Source: Camelus ferus
Taxonomy: Eukaryota
DNA length: 64,000 nt
Reading direction: 5' to 3'
NCBI RefSeq assembly: GCF_009834535.1
Contig: NC_045696.1
Coordinates: 13,704,001-13,768,000, forward strand
Shown here: positions 25,291-37,917 of the stretch, one piece after another
How the letters are laid out: each line of letters begins with the position of its first letter
Numbering within the stretch: the stretch's first letter is position 1
Notes under the pieces: generated by a model
What the model saw: the letters and a program-made list of their open reading frames with translations, nothing else
The model's database searches: none
Told to the model about the DNA's origin: nothing
Made by a program: the position numbers and the translations under genes

Positions 25291-28200
25291 CATTCATCAA
25301 TGTTTTCAGGGACAAAATATATTGTGGCACTTACAAAAGTAAAAGAAAATTGGTGAAACATGAAGCTTCGGAAAACATAACGAATATTACTTTTGCCTAA
25401 GTTTGAGGCCAACAAGACAGACAAGTGAATTACTTTCTGGACAGAGAAAGCATGTGAACTATAAAGAGCTTAAGTCTTGGTCTGCTGGGTGTTAATAACA
25501 ATAATTATGTATTATATTTACATAATGATTTATGATTAAATTGCTTTCATAGGCACTACCCAATTTTCTCCTCTCAGTAGCCCTTCCAGGTAGAGAGGGT
25601 GGTTATTATCTTGCTTATATGGATGGCGGGGAAGGGCACCACATGGAAGAAAGCATACTCTTTCAAGATGCACTGATGTGGGGGGCACGGAGGAGCAATA
25701 ACCTTGTGTCCTTGGAAAGTTATGTAACTGCTTTTAGCATCAGTTTTTTTTTTAACCGGTATAAGAAAAATAAAAAGAATATTTACGTATATATATTTAT
25801 ATGCCTTTAGTCTATTTATAAGCATATAATTCATGTTAAAAAGTGTTTATTACCTGTCCACATTTTGTAGATGAGAAAAATGACACTCAATTTGAATGGA
25901 AGAGCTAGGTTATAAACTCAGATCTTCCGGTCCAGCGTTTTTTCTACTAAGGCATTTGCCATTTACCGGAAGTTGAAAAAACAAGAATGAATGAATTCTC
26001 AAAGGAAGTAGGTATATATGAGATCTAGTGAAGGAATACAGAAGCCATGAATCTTTAAAAACCCTAAAGAAAAATTAAATCAGAAAAAAATTTGAAAAAA
26101 GTGACACGATTATTGAAGCAAATCTTTATCAATCTTTAGGAGTCCAACTCTTTTAGGATAGTCAAAACAGATGTTTCAAGGGGTGCAATATGAATGGAAG
26201 CTCCATGCTCAGACAGGTCTGAGGTCAAGTTGTAGGTGATGGAAGTAGGAGTAAGACGAGGTACCAGAGAAGGGGAGCAGAAAGTTGAGAGGCAGGTCTT
26301 TCTGGAGGGAAGCAGGTTTAAGTCTGGAGAATTACTGATGGAAGGTAGTGTGACCCTGAGTCACACTAGATTGAGATGAACAGGAGTTAACTAGAGAGGC
26401 GTACCTTTCTCTGGCCTTAATTCCTTCCATGATCCTTTTCAACCTTACAATTCTGTGATTCTAAGTCATCAGCAGCTCTGGGAGAGGATGGGAAAAGGGT
26501 TTTACAAGAAGCTGTGGTGTCTCCAATGCTTCTGAGACTCTTCTTCACAAATTCAAGGCAGCTGTAAGAATTCTTCTCCTCCTGATGAAGTGGAATATTC
26601 CTTTATTTCCCTCTTCTGTACCAGTCGAAATTCCCCCTCCCCTTCCAATCACCATAGCCTTTTCTCCCCGCAACTCTTATTTTTGTTTGCACTGTTTTCT
26701 AGTTGTGCCTTACCTTTGTTGTCAGCTATCTTGTATAATTTCAGATGTCCTTTATTATATTCTATCATTTTTTTTTTCGGAATCTATTTGACAAATTTAT
26801 TTCTGCCAAACCCACGTCCAGAATAAACCTTGTTATTAAGAGCATGTGGAGTTATTTGTTCAACTGACGATAGCATTCTTTGTCCCACAGGGAGATGACC
26901 CATGATAAAATGTCTGATACAGCTTTACTATAGTAAAAGTTTTAGTCATTTTGCTATAGTCATGTCCAAATTATGATTTGCTTCTCTCTGAATATTTTGT
27001 TAGTCATTTCTACCAACAAATTCTGAGTTTTACTAAATTGCAGTTTAAATTCGGAATTTTGCCCATTTTAAAGCCATTTTCTTGGTGTCCTACTTTGTCT
27101 GCAATAATTCCTTAATGGGAAGTCCATTAAATAAATGTTTGCTTGGAAATTATCCTAAGAGTACCAAAAATACAACACTCTTTTGGACTCACTTAGTAAT
27201 TGCACTTTTGATTGCCCCTAGGTATGGAACTTTATATTATTGTTTGTCTATTTTCTTCCTTCATTAATTCATTATTAATTCATTCTCTCAGCAAACACTT
27301 GCCATCTCTTAAGTGCCAGGTGTTTTTCCATGCAGATATTTTTAGAAACTGAACTTAAGTTTTGTTTCAACCCCCCAAGGAATACAAACTTAATCTTATT
27401 AAGTGAGAGTCCTTCATTTTCCCAAGGTTGTAGCTGAGTCCTGTGGAGCCAAAATCATATGATGTCAAGTTATTGATCTGATACTTAAGATTACCATGTG
27501 TTAAGTTTGGATTCTGCTGAGATGCCCTATTTCAAAATGATTTTCAGTTGTTGTATCTCTCAGGTCCAACCAGGAAAAGCAGTATCATTCTAACTATTCA
27601 AATTAGTGGAATTTAATAAAGCGACTTGTTAGGCAGATTAGGGGGAGATTTGAGAACCAGGGAGAAGACCACAAAGCCTCCTAGACACTAATAATAGTAG
27701 AAAGCTGCTGTTTTCCTGACGATGAGGGAATTAAAAGAAAAGTAATAACTTTTGGACCCAAGAGCTGAGGTGCACTTAGCAGAAGCTGGATCTAAGGTGA
27801 CCTGGGAAGAAGACATAGTCACCACTGGAGGCATCTGCCCAAAGAGAAAAGGGGCAGAGCAATACTACCCTCCCATCTCCTCCCTGCGCCTCCTGTTGGC
27901 CAAGTCTAGCAGGCAGCCCTGAACATGGAACTCGGGGAAAGATAGCCTCAAGGGTCTATCTGGTGTATCTCACTTCCAGATACAAATCAATTTTTCTTAT
28001 ATTTCTCCTCTACAGGAGAAACCGTTTCCAGTTGTAAGCTTCAGGTTAACACATTTGTATTATTTACCCTTTAATAACCACTCTATTCTTTATAGACATT
28101 ACTCTAAAGAAACTCCAATCAGTTCATAAAAGGCCAGGCTCATTGGAGCTAGCTGGTGTATACACAGTGTGCACCCCAATTCCTGCAGCATAGACACTAT

Positions 28201-29264
28201 CAAGACAGAAGAACAGAACTTGAGTTACTTTAATTCTGTCATTTCACAGTGACTAGGAGTTTTTATTTATGTTAAAAAATTCAAACAATAAAACTGAGTA
28301 TTATGTTTTTGTAATATAAGGAAAAACTGACATTGTTTAGTAAGGCCATCATGTAAAGATAAGAAATAGGTCTGATTAAGGTGGTTTTATTATTACTTTT
28401 AAATTCTCTACAGATAGAGGCACCTCTTATTGCTTGTCCTGGTGAGGACCACTGCCACCACCCACTCTTGGTACATCACTGCACCACCTGCCGGTATCAA
28501 TCTCCTTAGGATACAGGTTAGAGCAGAGGAAGGTCAAGGAATGGATCTGGAGACAAACAAGCCATGGACAGCCCCACGTGGCCATCCATGCATGTTCTCA
28601 CTCTGTTCTCACTTTGTCCCAACAACCAGGACTTTTGGAATGCTCTGTTCCACTCTCAGGAGAGTAGGAGATATTCGTGTCCTCCCACAGTGTTCTAGCT
28701 GTGGAAAAATTGGCTAGATTATCTCTTGGCTTGTCAGACTAAACACATCACAGAGATGTTCCTTCTCTCTCAGCTCTGTGAGGGCAGAAGGAAAACTGTC
28801 AACATCCTTGGCTCCACCTGGATCAGGACAGAGATAGTTTCTGTACTTAAATTCAGAAACCCATCAAAGAGTTTATCATTTCTCTTTGTTCCCTTCTCCA
28901 AGAACTGGACTAGGGAGGCGCCATAGGGTTCTTCCCAGGGACACACTGAAATTTAAACCCTTTTATCTCTGCTCCTTTTATTTTACCTTCATCCAAAGAA
29001 ATCATTCTATAGTCTTAAGATTCAGAAAAACTTGATTCTGACTGAGCCATTTTATTCTTTGCCCACTATCTCCTCAGAATTTAGTCTTTTCAGACTAAAA
29101 AATTAAGAATTGTCTTTAAATTTCTGAGTTCTATTGTTTCTTCTCTTCCCTGTGGGAGGAGGCACTCCATATTAGTGAAAATCTCAAACTGTTATACTGA
29201 TGTATATAGTTTCTTTATCATTCCTTAAGTATTCATAAAGTCTTTACTTAGTACTATGGTTGAC

Positions 29265-29440
29265 TTCCCAATTTCTCAATGTTAGCTATCTGACTTTGGC
29301 CAAGTCATATAACTTATAAGTTTCAGTTCTCTTAGTTAAAATATATTAATAATAATCTTTGCACTGTCTACATTATGTGGTAGTTGTGGAGAACAAGTGA
29401 ACCCAACAGAATGTTTTCAAGTATGTCAAGATCTTTCTGC
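29265..29440 (+). mobile_element. MIR SINE
   Basis: 'tagctatctgactttggccaagtcatataactt...tttcagttctcttagttaaaat'. Further MIRs lie at ~18540, 25850, 34090, 35600, 44375, 44830, 46780, 60540 and 63480. Confidence 0.6.
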
Positions 29441-32074
29441 AAAAGGAAACAATCATTAGTGTGCATTTAATTAAATTTATAACCTACAAAGTGTTAGGCT
29501 TTTAAAACATTTTTAACCATGTGTGGCTGGATAATATTATATCCACCCCTCCACCATCCCTGATCTCCCTGGTCTCCATTCTGGAAGGCAGTTAGCAATG
29601 CATTTCACAGGCTCAGTGGAGTAGACAGCAAAAATAAAAATAAAATAGCTTAGAAAAGTTTTAGTCTTTATTTATGCATTTTTTTGCTTCTTGAAAGCTA
29701 AGTGTCTATGAAACTGTGTAAAAATTTGACAGTGGAGAAGATTTCTGGAAGCAATATTTAAAAAAAAAAAAGATTGTATGGGAGAAGGCACAGTTTGTTT
29801 CACCAGTGCTTGTAGCCAGCTGGTAACCAAGCAAGGAGGTCAGGTTCCTTCCGACTCTAGGAAATGGTGGCATAGATCATTTGAACACTGGCTGCATTGG
29901 TAGTTTCGAAGTTCCCCCAGCAGTTCTAATATGCATCCGGGGTTGCAAACAGCCACTGATCCAAACAGTCAAGAACAAGAGAGCCACAAAAAAAGACTGC
30001 CAAGCATGAGGGAGCGTTTACAAGACAGAAATGCCTAAAGGGACCACGTGCACAGGTACAATAGACACCTTCTCAGGAGCCTGTGTGGACTGATGGTCAT
30101 GGACTGATCCTCCGAATCCACCTCCCAATCATTGCTTATCCCTGCAGAAGATCCCAAGAACTGTGTGATATGTGGGAAAATACCCACAAAGTTGAATTTA
30201 AATTGTATTTTGGAGAAAAAAAAAAGATGCTTTTCAATACCTGGTATGTGTTGAATATATTTGTGGTATGAGATTTATATCCATAGTGTGCCTTGAAATT
30301 CATTGAAAATTATTAATTTTTTGGTGTAGTAGGAAAAATATCGCAGCAGAGAGAGGGCAGTAGAATGTTTTTTTTTTCCCCCCAAAAGTACAGCTTGATT
30401 AATGGAAGGGCAAGGAAAAGAATTTTTAGTCTCTAAAACTTTGCCCCGTATTCAGTAGCTAATGGTATCTCCAGTATGTTTATGATTCTACCGTGAGTTA
30501 TACTATTTTACTCTTTGCTTCTCTGACTAGCAGGATAACATGCCTCATTTAGATTCTGGAACTCATCCTGCAAGGCTAATTACTTCTTCTGGTGAGCCAA
30601 AGGGTAAGACTAATGATTCCATGACAGCCCTTAAGCATATATCTTGCTTGTCTTGATGTCTTATTTATTTGCCTGCATAAGATAAATGACTTTTTCAACA
30701 CACCCAATGTTTTGGCCTTTCTGAATTAAATCTGAAGAAAAAAACAATCTTAGGAAAATCTAATTATTGTTTTTCTAATTTTTACTATTATTATTCTAAT
30801 TTTGCTATTATTTGAGAATATTCATACTTAACATGGCCTATATCATTAATGGGCTATCAATTTTTCAAATATGGTTTTATATTATCAAGGGTTTGACTTA
30901 TTGAAGTCTTGCTGGTAGTCTGCAGAATGGAGTGAGGGTTTGACATGAACATCCAGCCTCGACTTATCACTGATTTAATGTTTCTGAATTATTAGATGAT
31001 CTTTTGCGGACAAATTCATTCTCAAATTGACCCCATGGTCAATTTGAAAATGAAATTGAAAATATTGAAATATGTTAGCTACTTTATTTTATTATTTTAT
31101 ATTTTATTATTTTGTAAGTGTGGATATAAAAGAAATATTTGGTGAGCAAACCTAATTTGTTCAGTATAGTTATATACTGTGAATGAAATACATTTTTATT
31201 ACAAAATAAACACAATACTTGAAGAGTTAAAATTGAATATCGGTTCACAGGACTTTGGAGATATTCAGAAGCATCCCATATGAGCGGCCCTGTCCCATGA
31301 ACACTTGTATACCAACACCCACCCATCCCACACACTTTTAACCCAAAATTGGCATGTTAAATGTGATGTTAAATACATGGGAAGTAAAGAATTAAGAAAA
31401 TAATGCATATAATTCAACCAAAACACTATGTCTTAGCCATGCCTGTTTTTTATTAGAGAATAAAAAGGAGGACTTATTTTGGCCTGACTAATTACCTGAA
31501 TCATAACCTGGATTCTTTTTTACGTAACGTGAGTAGACCAGTATAATGACTAAATAAAACAGGGAACAGAAACCATTTCCTTCAACACCCAAATCCGATT
31601 CTCTAATGAGAACTGTGTTTCCTCTTGATGAGAATTCCATGTCACAGCCTTCTATTGATGAGTCTTATCAAGAAAGGTACTTCTGTTTGCTTGTAATGCA
31701 CATCATAGGTTATGAAAGCATAGTTTTTCATTCATAAATCATTTTCCTTTGAATATATAATTCCAAGCAAGTTTAACTACATAAATTAGATGCTTTAAAA
31801 TTACCTTCTTAGAGATCCTAACAGAAATGAGAGCTTCCTTTTCCCTAAGAGTGTTTACTTTCCTGTGCATGTGTGTTTCCTAAAGGAGTAACAAATCTCT
31901 GCATTGAATGAGTATTTCCATATTTTGATAAATTCAATTGAAAATCCTTATTTGATGTCTATCATTTTTCAGATTAGTTGTTTAAAAAAGAAAAAAGTCA
32001 TCATTTTAGCTGTCACCATGTTAGCATAAAAATAATTTGGAGAAAAAAATAACAGGTTATGCTTTAGAATATGT

Positions 32075-32080
32075 TTTATT
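32075..32080 (-). terminator. Candidate CLDN17 polyadenylation signal AATAAA
   Basis: Plus-strand TTTATT ~365 nt past the stop codon. Alternatives: ATTAAA at 32243-32248 and AATAAA at 31449-31454 and 31195-31200. Confidence 0.5.
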
Positions 32081-32443
32081 GCTGTAGATTATCAATTGCA
32101 ATAGAATCTGGATTTCTTAACAGATAATATATGATTGTGAAAAAAGATTAGTCTACCATTTTACTAAGGATTATGGTTATACTTGATTTTAGACTGCACA
32201 AATTGGAAAGGGGATTATTTGAGTCCAGTAATAGTAAATGCATTTAATACACATGAGGTCAGAATGTCCCAAGTCATGTCTATTCCTACCACAGGTGACT
32301 ACAGTTTGTATGTCCTTCAAACATTTCATCTCAGTTTGAAAGCAGTCATCAAGCAAGTTCTCCTGCTTGGCTTACTTACAGTTTCTGGCAGGATTCTATA
32401 AAACACACTGATCATAATCCACACTTTAAGCCGAAAGCAGGTA

Positions 32444-33121
32444 TTAGACGTAACTGGTGGAGGCCCTGTTAAGCACTGTCTCATTCCGTGGTGGCTTATC
32501 TGTGTGTGACACACAATGCCCAGGGGCTGGATGCCTGTGCCCTTGCTTCTTTCTGTTGCAACAGCAGTACCCACAGAGCAGACCCCCTCCGATGAAGAGG
32601 ACAGCAGTACTGGCCCAGCCGAGGAAAAGTGCTGCTCCCAGCTCTCGTTTCTGACCTACGTGCACGGCTGGGTTGTAGAAATCTCTGATGATGATGTTGG
32701 CTGTCCAGCACACCGGAATCAGAACGAAGATGCCCGTCAGGATAAAGAGGACTCCAGAAGTCCCCAGAAGGTATGCTTTGGCCCTCTTGTTCGAGCCTGT
32801 GCACTGAATCTTCTTCATGCCACAGATGCCAATAATCAGAGCAATCAGAGAGAGAGCCACCGCCACACACATGAGGGCCCGGGCTGCCTCCAGGGCAGGT
32901 GGGAGAGCCAGCAAAGAACTATAGAACTTGCACTGCAACCTGACCTTGGCTTGTCGGATGCAGTTCATCCAGAGCCCTTCCCAGAGCCTTTCAAAGACAA
33001 TAATGTTGCTGCCAATAAAAGCGGATATTCTCCACTGAGGCAGAAGAGTTGTGGCAAGAGTCCCAACCATGCCAAGGAACCCAAGGACCAGTCCAGCAAT
33101 TTGCAGTGGATAAAATGCCAT
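32444..33121 (-). CDS. CLDN17: Claudin-17, single exon, 225 aa; anion-selective paracellular tight-junction channel
   Basis: The N-terminus MAFYPLQIAGLVLGFLGMVGTLATTLLPQWR matches CLDN17 as I recall it. It has the claudin ECL1 signature W30...G49-L50-W51...C54...C64, four hydrophobic TM segments, ECL2 DFYNP, a Cys cluster after TM4 and a C-terminal PDZ-binding YV. The track start at 33124 is a GTG; the real ATG is at 33121 in a strong Kozak context (GTG ATG G). Stop TAA at 32446-32444. Confidence 0.97.
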   Translation of the reverse strand: MAFYPLQIAGLVLGFLGMVGTLATTLLPQWRISAFIGSNIIVFERLWEGLWMNCIRQAKVRLQCKFYSSLLALPPALEAARALMCVAVALSLIALIIGICGMKKIQCTGSNKRAKAYLLGTSGVLFILTGIFVLIPVCWTANIIIRDFYNPAVHVGQKRELGAALFLGWASTAVLFIGGGLLCGYCCCNRKKQGHRHPAPGHCVSHTDKPPRNETVLNRASTSYV

Positions 33122-33354
33122 CACCTTTACTCTGAAGCCTGATCCAACCTGCGGTCGAAGCTGCTCACCATCCAGAACGTGGAGGCCTCTGTGAGTCTAC
33201 GGCAGTCTCTGATGGTGTTCTCCACTGTTACTGCCCATAACGTTTTAGTCCAGACCAGCAGCAGTGACCGAACTTGGCCTAACTAGAAGTACCCGTCATA
33301 AATGCATTCTGTCTTTGTACACACGCATTCATTTCTGAATGGATTATGTAGTAG

Positions 33355-33382
33355 GCATATATAATTGTTTCCCAGCCAATAA
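33355..33382 (-). promoter_or_regulatory. Candidate CLDN17 core promoter: TATA-like TATATAT plus CCAAT box
   Basis: The plus strand reads GCATATATAATTG at ~33355-33367 and CCAAT at ~33377-33381, about 240-260 bp upstream of the ATG in non-repeat DNA. Motif match only. Confidence 0.4.
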
Positions 33383-36049
33383 GAAGGTAGCCAGAGGTGT
33401 GTCAAGAAATACTACATTCAGTGTTAGTATTTCTCATATTATTATTGCCTTAGCAATGCTGTAATTATGTGTCAGAGATTCCATTGTGGATTGCTAATTA
33501 CAGAGCTGAAACCTTCCTGTCTAAAAATCACTCTGATATAAAAGTATAAATATATGTGTTGAGCCACAACTGAAGACAACACCAAAATCTTGCCAGTTCT
33601 TTGGAGAGCAACTGAGAAACATTTTGGACTTTGGATGATCTATAATTGTCTTCTAATCTAAGCTACTTTTCTTGAATACGGTTAATAAATTCTGGTTCCA
33701 GTAAAGGCTTCTGGATAGAGAGAAATGTTTGGGCATTATTTTTAAGACTTCTACTAAAATCACTGATACTTTATAAAAAAAGAGTCCTAATTAAAACATT
33801 CAGATTTCATAGTTTATTCCTAAGATCCAAAAAGCAAGAGCAAGGGGAAGTATTGCTTATAATTGAATTTGCTGGTAATTATTTATATTATCTGTCAAGT
33901 AATACTTTTCTCTTTGGTGAAATAATATTTAGAACATAAGCTTCCTAATGCCAATGACAGCTTGGAATATATCACATTTATCAAAGCCAACAATGTATAT
34001 TCCACTTTTATGGAACAATATGAAAGTAGCCCTTTGGATCAGCTGTGCAATTACTTAAATCCAGATAATAGAAAACTTATTTGAGATGGAAGCTTCAAAG
34101 TCATCAGGTTTAAGTTCCTAATTTGCTAGATGTAGAATGTGAAGTCTTCAGAGCACTGGGCTGGACTACCTGTGCAGGAACTGACCTGGAAATAGAGACA
34201 GTGTCTAACATATGATGTTTACTTCCTCTTTCTAGTCTGATCCAAAAACAGGAGGGACAGGTGCTTTTCAAGAATTTTCACATAAATGGGACTAAACCTG
34301 AAATTTAATGCTATCCCCTCAATAGTTTTTTTTTTTTTTAATTTCTAAAGCAAGTAAAATTCAACTGAGACTGTTTTAAAATCCAAGAGTCAAGCTGTCA
34401 TCCTTGACAGCCACATTCTTGCCATTACCCACACATGCGGTGGGGAGCAGGCGTAATTCGGGAAGCATGGACTTTTCCTCATTTTCTTTCACATTCTACT
34501 ACAAGGAATCCATTTCAAGGATGAAAACCACTCAAAAGCAAGTGCACCAAGCACACTCCAGGGGAGGCATCACAGTTTCCAAGTGGCCGTCTATTTCGGT
34601 CAACAAGAAGCCAGGATATAATGGGTGGTCCAATACTACCCAGATTTTAAAAATGTATTAATTCAATTAGAAAATATGAAAAGGGGTCTGTCACCTGTTT
34701 ATCTATCTGTTTGTCTATCTGTCTATCTATCTATCTATCCATCCTTGTTTTGCTTTCTGGGCACCATGCTTGACCAGATGAGGACTCCCTCTCTAAGGAA
34801 TGTGAATCATTGAGGAAACAGATGACTTCTATATCATTCACAGTTTCCTAACACTAGCTCAGGATGAAGGGTTTTCTCGGCCCTTTGTTCTTGGTTATGG
34901 AGACACGAGTTTAACCATTCCCACCCTGAAGGGATTTGCCAACATCACTCTGATTTATTACTCCTATTTCCTCTTCCTCATTCTATCTCATTTTTACTCC
35001 TATCTTTACTTTTCCTGGGAGTTTCCAGCTTCTTGTTCTTTTCCAGCTGTTTGATGTTTCACCAAGTAGAACCTCAGAGAAACACAAGGAAGAGCGTATG
35101 TTTACTCAGAACATGAAGGCACATCCTGACTATAAGAATAATCTGAGGACTATAAATAACACAGAGCTTTAGTGTTTTTGCCCCTGACAGTCAGAGTCAA
35201 TTGTCAACACCATCTTTACTTTCCTCTCCTTGACCTTTAAGGGGAGATATTTTTGTTTTCCTCTCCAGTTTTCTGTGAATATTATCCCCTTCTACCTCCT
35301 CCCTTCACTGCAGCTTACACCCTCTTCCTCTCTCTGAGTTGTCCTTTATAATACAAACATACTCAGCATACTCAGTTCTCTTCCATATTAAAATTCCATC
35401 TTGCCAGATTTATATTCTCCACTATGTATTCACATACATCTTCTGGTCCATCCTCACATTTTCTACTTGCCAGAAATGAGACAGAATTCTTGGACATCCT
35501 AACTGCTATCTACAAAAAGTACTTCCATAACCTTGCTTAATGGTCCTTTCTATAAAAGTCAAGGTAAACCACCATCTTCTAGCTGAAGTAGTAAACAGCA
35601 CATGCTTTGGACAGAGGCTTGTTTTAGTCTTGGCTTGATGCCTTAGCCATCAGATTTGGGCATATTTTGAACCTCTCAAAATTCCCTATTTTACAAAATT
35701 AGGATAATAATGATATCAATCTCATAAGGCTTCCTTGAAGACCAAATTCACGGAATATGTGCAAAATACCTTGCTTTGAGCAAGCACACAGGAAAGGCTT
35801 GCTGCAATATTTGTCTTTTTGCCTTTGTTATATTGTCCTGTTTACTACTTCTCCTCAGCATTTTCTTCCAATAGATGCCCTAACCTATGTTTGCTTTGTC
35901 TGGTTGTTGCAGCTTCTATGTACATCTCAACACTCTCTCAGTGGCCATGGTTCTACTACATCATATGAGACTACAAACTCCTAATTTTTATCTTCAGCCC
36001 AAGCCTCTCTCTGTTTATCACCCTGGGTTCCTTTGTTTCTCTCAGCCCC

Positions 36050-36450
36050 TCAGTCAATGGAGCTCTTCTTCACCCAAATGCCCCTTCTGGCCGCTGAGAG
36101 TGCTACCAGCAAAATGATCGCACTTGTCATGCACCTTCAGGTATTGCCTAAAGACAGTCATTTCACCCACATCAATCCCCATTCATGGGGCAGCCTGTAT
36201 CCACTGATGACTGGTCAGTACAGGAGTGTGAAGGTCTAGCCTTCTGGTCCCAACTGGGGGCGAACTCTAAGGGGCCATCCCAGCTCCTGAGCTCATGTTC
36301 ACTGAGCCCGTGCTACAACTTGACTTCTCCTCAGTTCCAATTCTCTTCCTTCCCATCTTTCCCTCCATGTTGATCCCAAGAGCACTCCAAATAAACACAA
36401 TGCACACTAATCTCCCCCTCCGAGTCTGCTTCCCAGGGAGCCCAAATATT
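36050..36450 (+). mobile_element. LTR16-type ERVL solo LTR
   Basis: 'aactctaaggggccatcccagctcctgagctc' and the 3' end 'aataaacacaatgcacactaatctccccctccgagtctgcttcccagggagcccaa'. Confidence 0.75.
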
Positions 36451-37684
36451 GATTAACATCTTATTATAATTTTTTTAATATGTGCCCTGTTCTAACACTT
36501 CTATGCTATGTTCACCCTTCAATATTCCTACCTGAATCACTTCAATAATGTCCCACTTTGTCTCCCTGTCTCTAGTATTATTCTTGTCATTCCTACTCCA
36601 CTAGGAACCATAAAGACTTTGCTGAATCAAATTCTGAACATGCCACCACCTTGCTTAAATGTTTTCAATTGTTCTCCATTTCCTCCAAAATCCAAACCCC
36701 TTAGTGTTAATACAAAAGACTGATCCTTGGCTTGGCCCTCGCCCAATTTTAAAACTTAACTTTTGAACATGACAACTCCATCCCATGTCTTCACAGAGCT
36801 TAAATTTAGTGAGAGTAATAAATATTAAACAAGCAATTGCAGACACAAAATATGTAATTGAGATACAGTTGTGGATAAAAAATTTAGAGTATAGAAAATA
36901 TAAGGTACAAAGAGGGTATAAACAGATGAGACCTTAATTTTCTATTCTAGGAATGCATTTGGGGGTAATCCAAAATCCAACTAAATTAAGTTTAATACTA
37001 CCAGCTAGTCAATCAAATTTATCCTATTATCTTGCATTATTACCTCAAATTTGAACTGTTTTAAAGGTACTTACATGCCAGTATTTAAATGGGCTTTTCT
37101 GTGAAACCTGTCAGAGAAATCCACTGCAAAGCAAATCTGTGTTAAATGAATGTGTTTTTGCTTCTGTACACAAAGTTAAATAAATGTAATAGAAACCCTT
37201 GAATTTATCTTCTTTCTCCCTTTTCCTTCTCTCCTTTCTTTTTTCAGTCCCATAGGGCTGCAGAAACAATTGAAGAACACTTGTTAAAAAAAAAGAAAGA
37301 AAGAAAGTAAACAAAACAAGAAGGCTTGTGATTCATGAAAAGCGAACGAGGATTTTGGGACAGGGTAAAACAAGAATAGGAAACAGCAGATAAAAATGAC
37401 ATGAAGTTTGTCCACAATATATGTGCCACATTTGCTAAGCTTTGGCCTTGCATTTGCGTCCAAGCTTTTCAGTGGCAATGCAGAGTGTCCAGGCACTAAA
37501 AACAAACACATTTCTTTAGAAGTTGCACAACTCTTCTTGCTTTTGACACCAGAAAGAAACCTCTTTCGCTGCAGAATACAGTGAACCACCTCCTTGCAGT
37601 AAATAGAGGGACAAAATTGCCCAGGTGTTTTTTTTTCTTTTACAGGAGTCTAAATACTGTGGCCCTGGTGTTCAGGTCTTAGAT

Positions 37685-37900
37685 CAGTGATTTTCAGGCT
37701 GACTACATGTTCGAATCACCTGTGGGAGCTTTTAAAACAATAGCGGCAAGTACGGCCCCACCCCAGACCCATTAAACCAGAATCCTGGGAGGTGGGGCAC
37801 TAGCGTCAGTATTTTTGTTTTTGTTGTTTTGTTATAGTTGCATCACCACTTTAAAAGCATCCTCGTGACACTAAAATACCGACTGGGATCAGAAGCACTG
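37685..37900. mobile_element. MER5 DNA transposon, copy 1
   Basis: 'cagtgattttc...gaatcacctgtgggagcttttaaaa...ggccccaccccagacccattaaaccagaatc...gaagcactg'. Confidence 0.75.
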
Positions 37901-37917
37901 CTTTAGAGTTTCTGTTC

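Noticed and set aside
28907..28925. Second CTCF-like motif GACTAGGGAGGCGCCA
   Set aside because: It needs an extra base in the core and lacks the 5' CC, so it is much weaker than the 60144 site.
32326..32870. Alternative-frame ORFs overlapping CLDN17 (82, 65 and 124 aa)
   Set aside because: They are by-products of GC-rich coding sequence with no recognisable domain.
33122..33124. GTG start giving a 226-aa CLDN17
   Set aside because: The track allows bacterial-style alternative starts. The adjacent ATG has a strong Kozak context and matches the known N-terminus.
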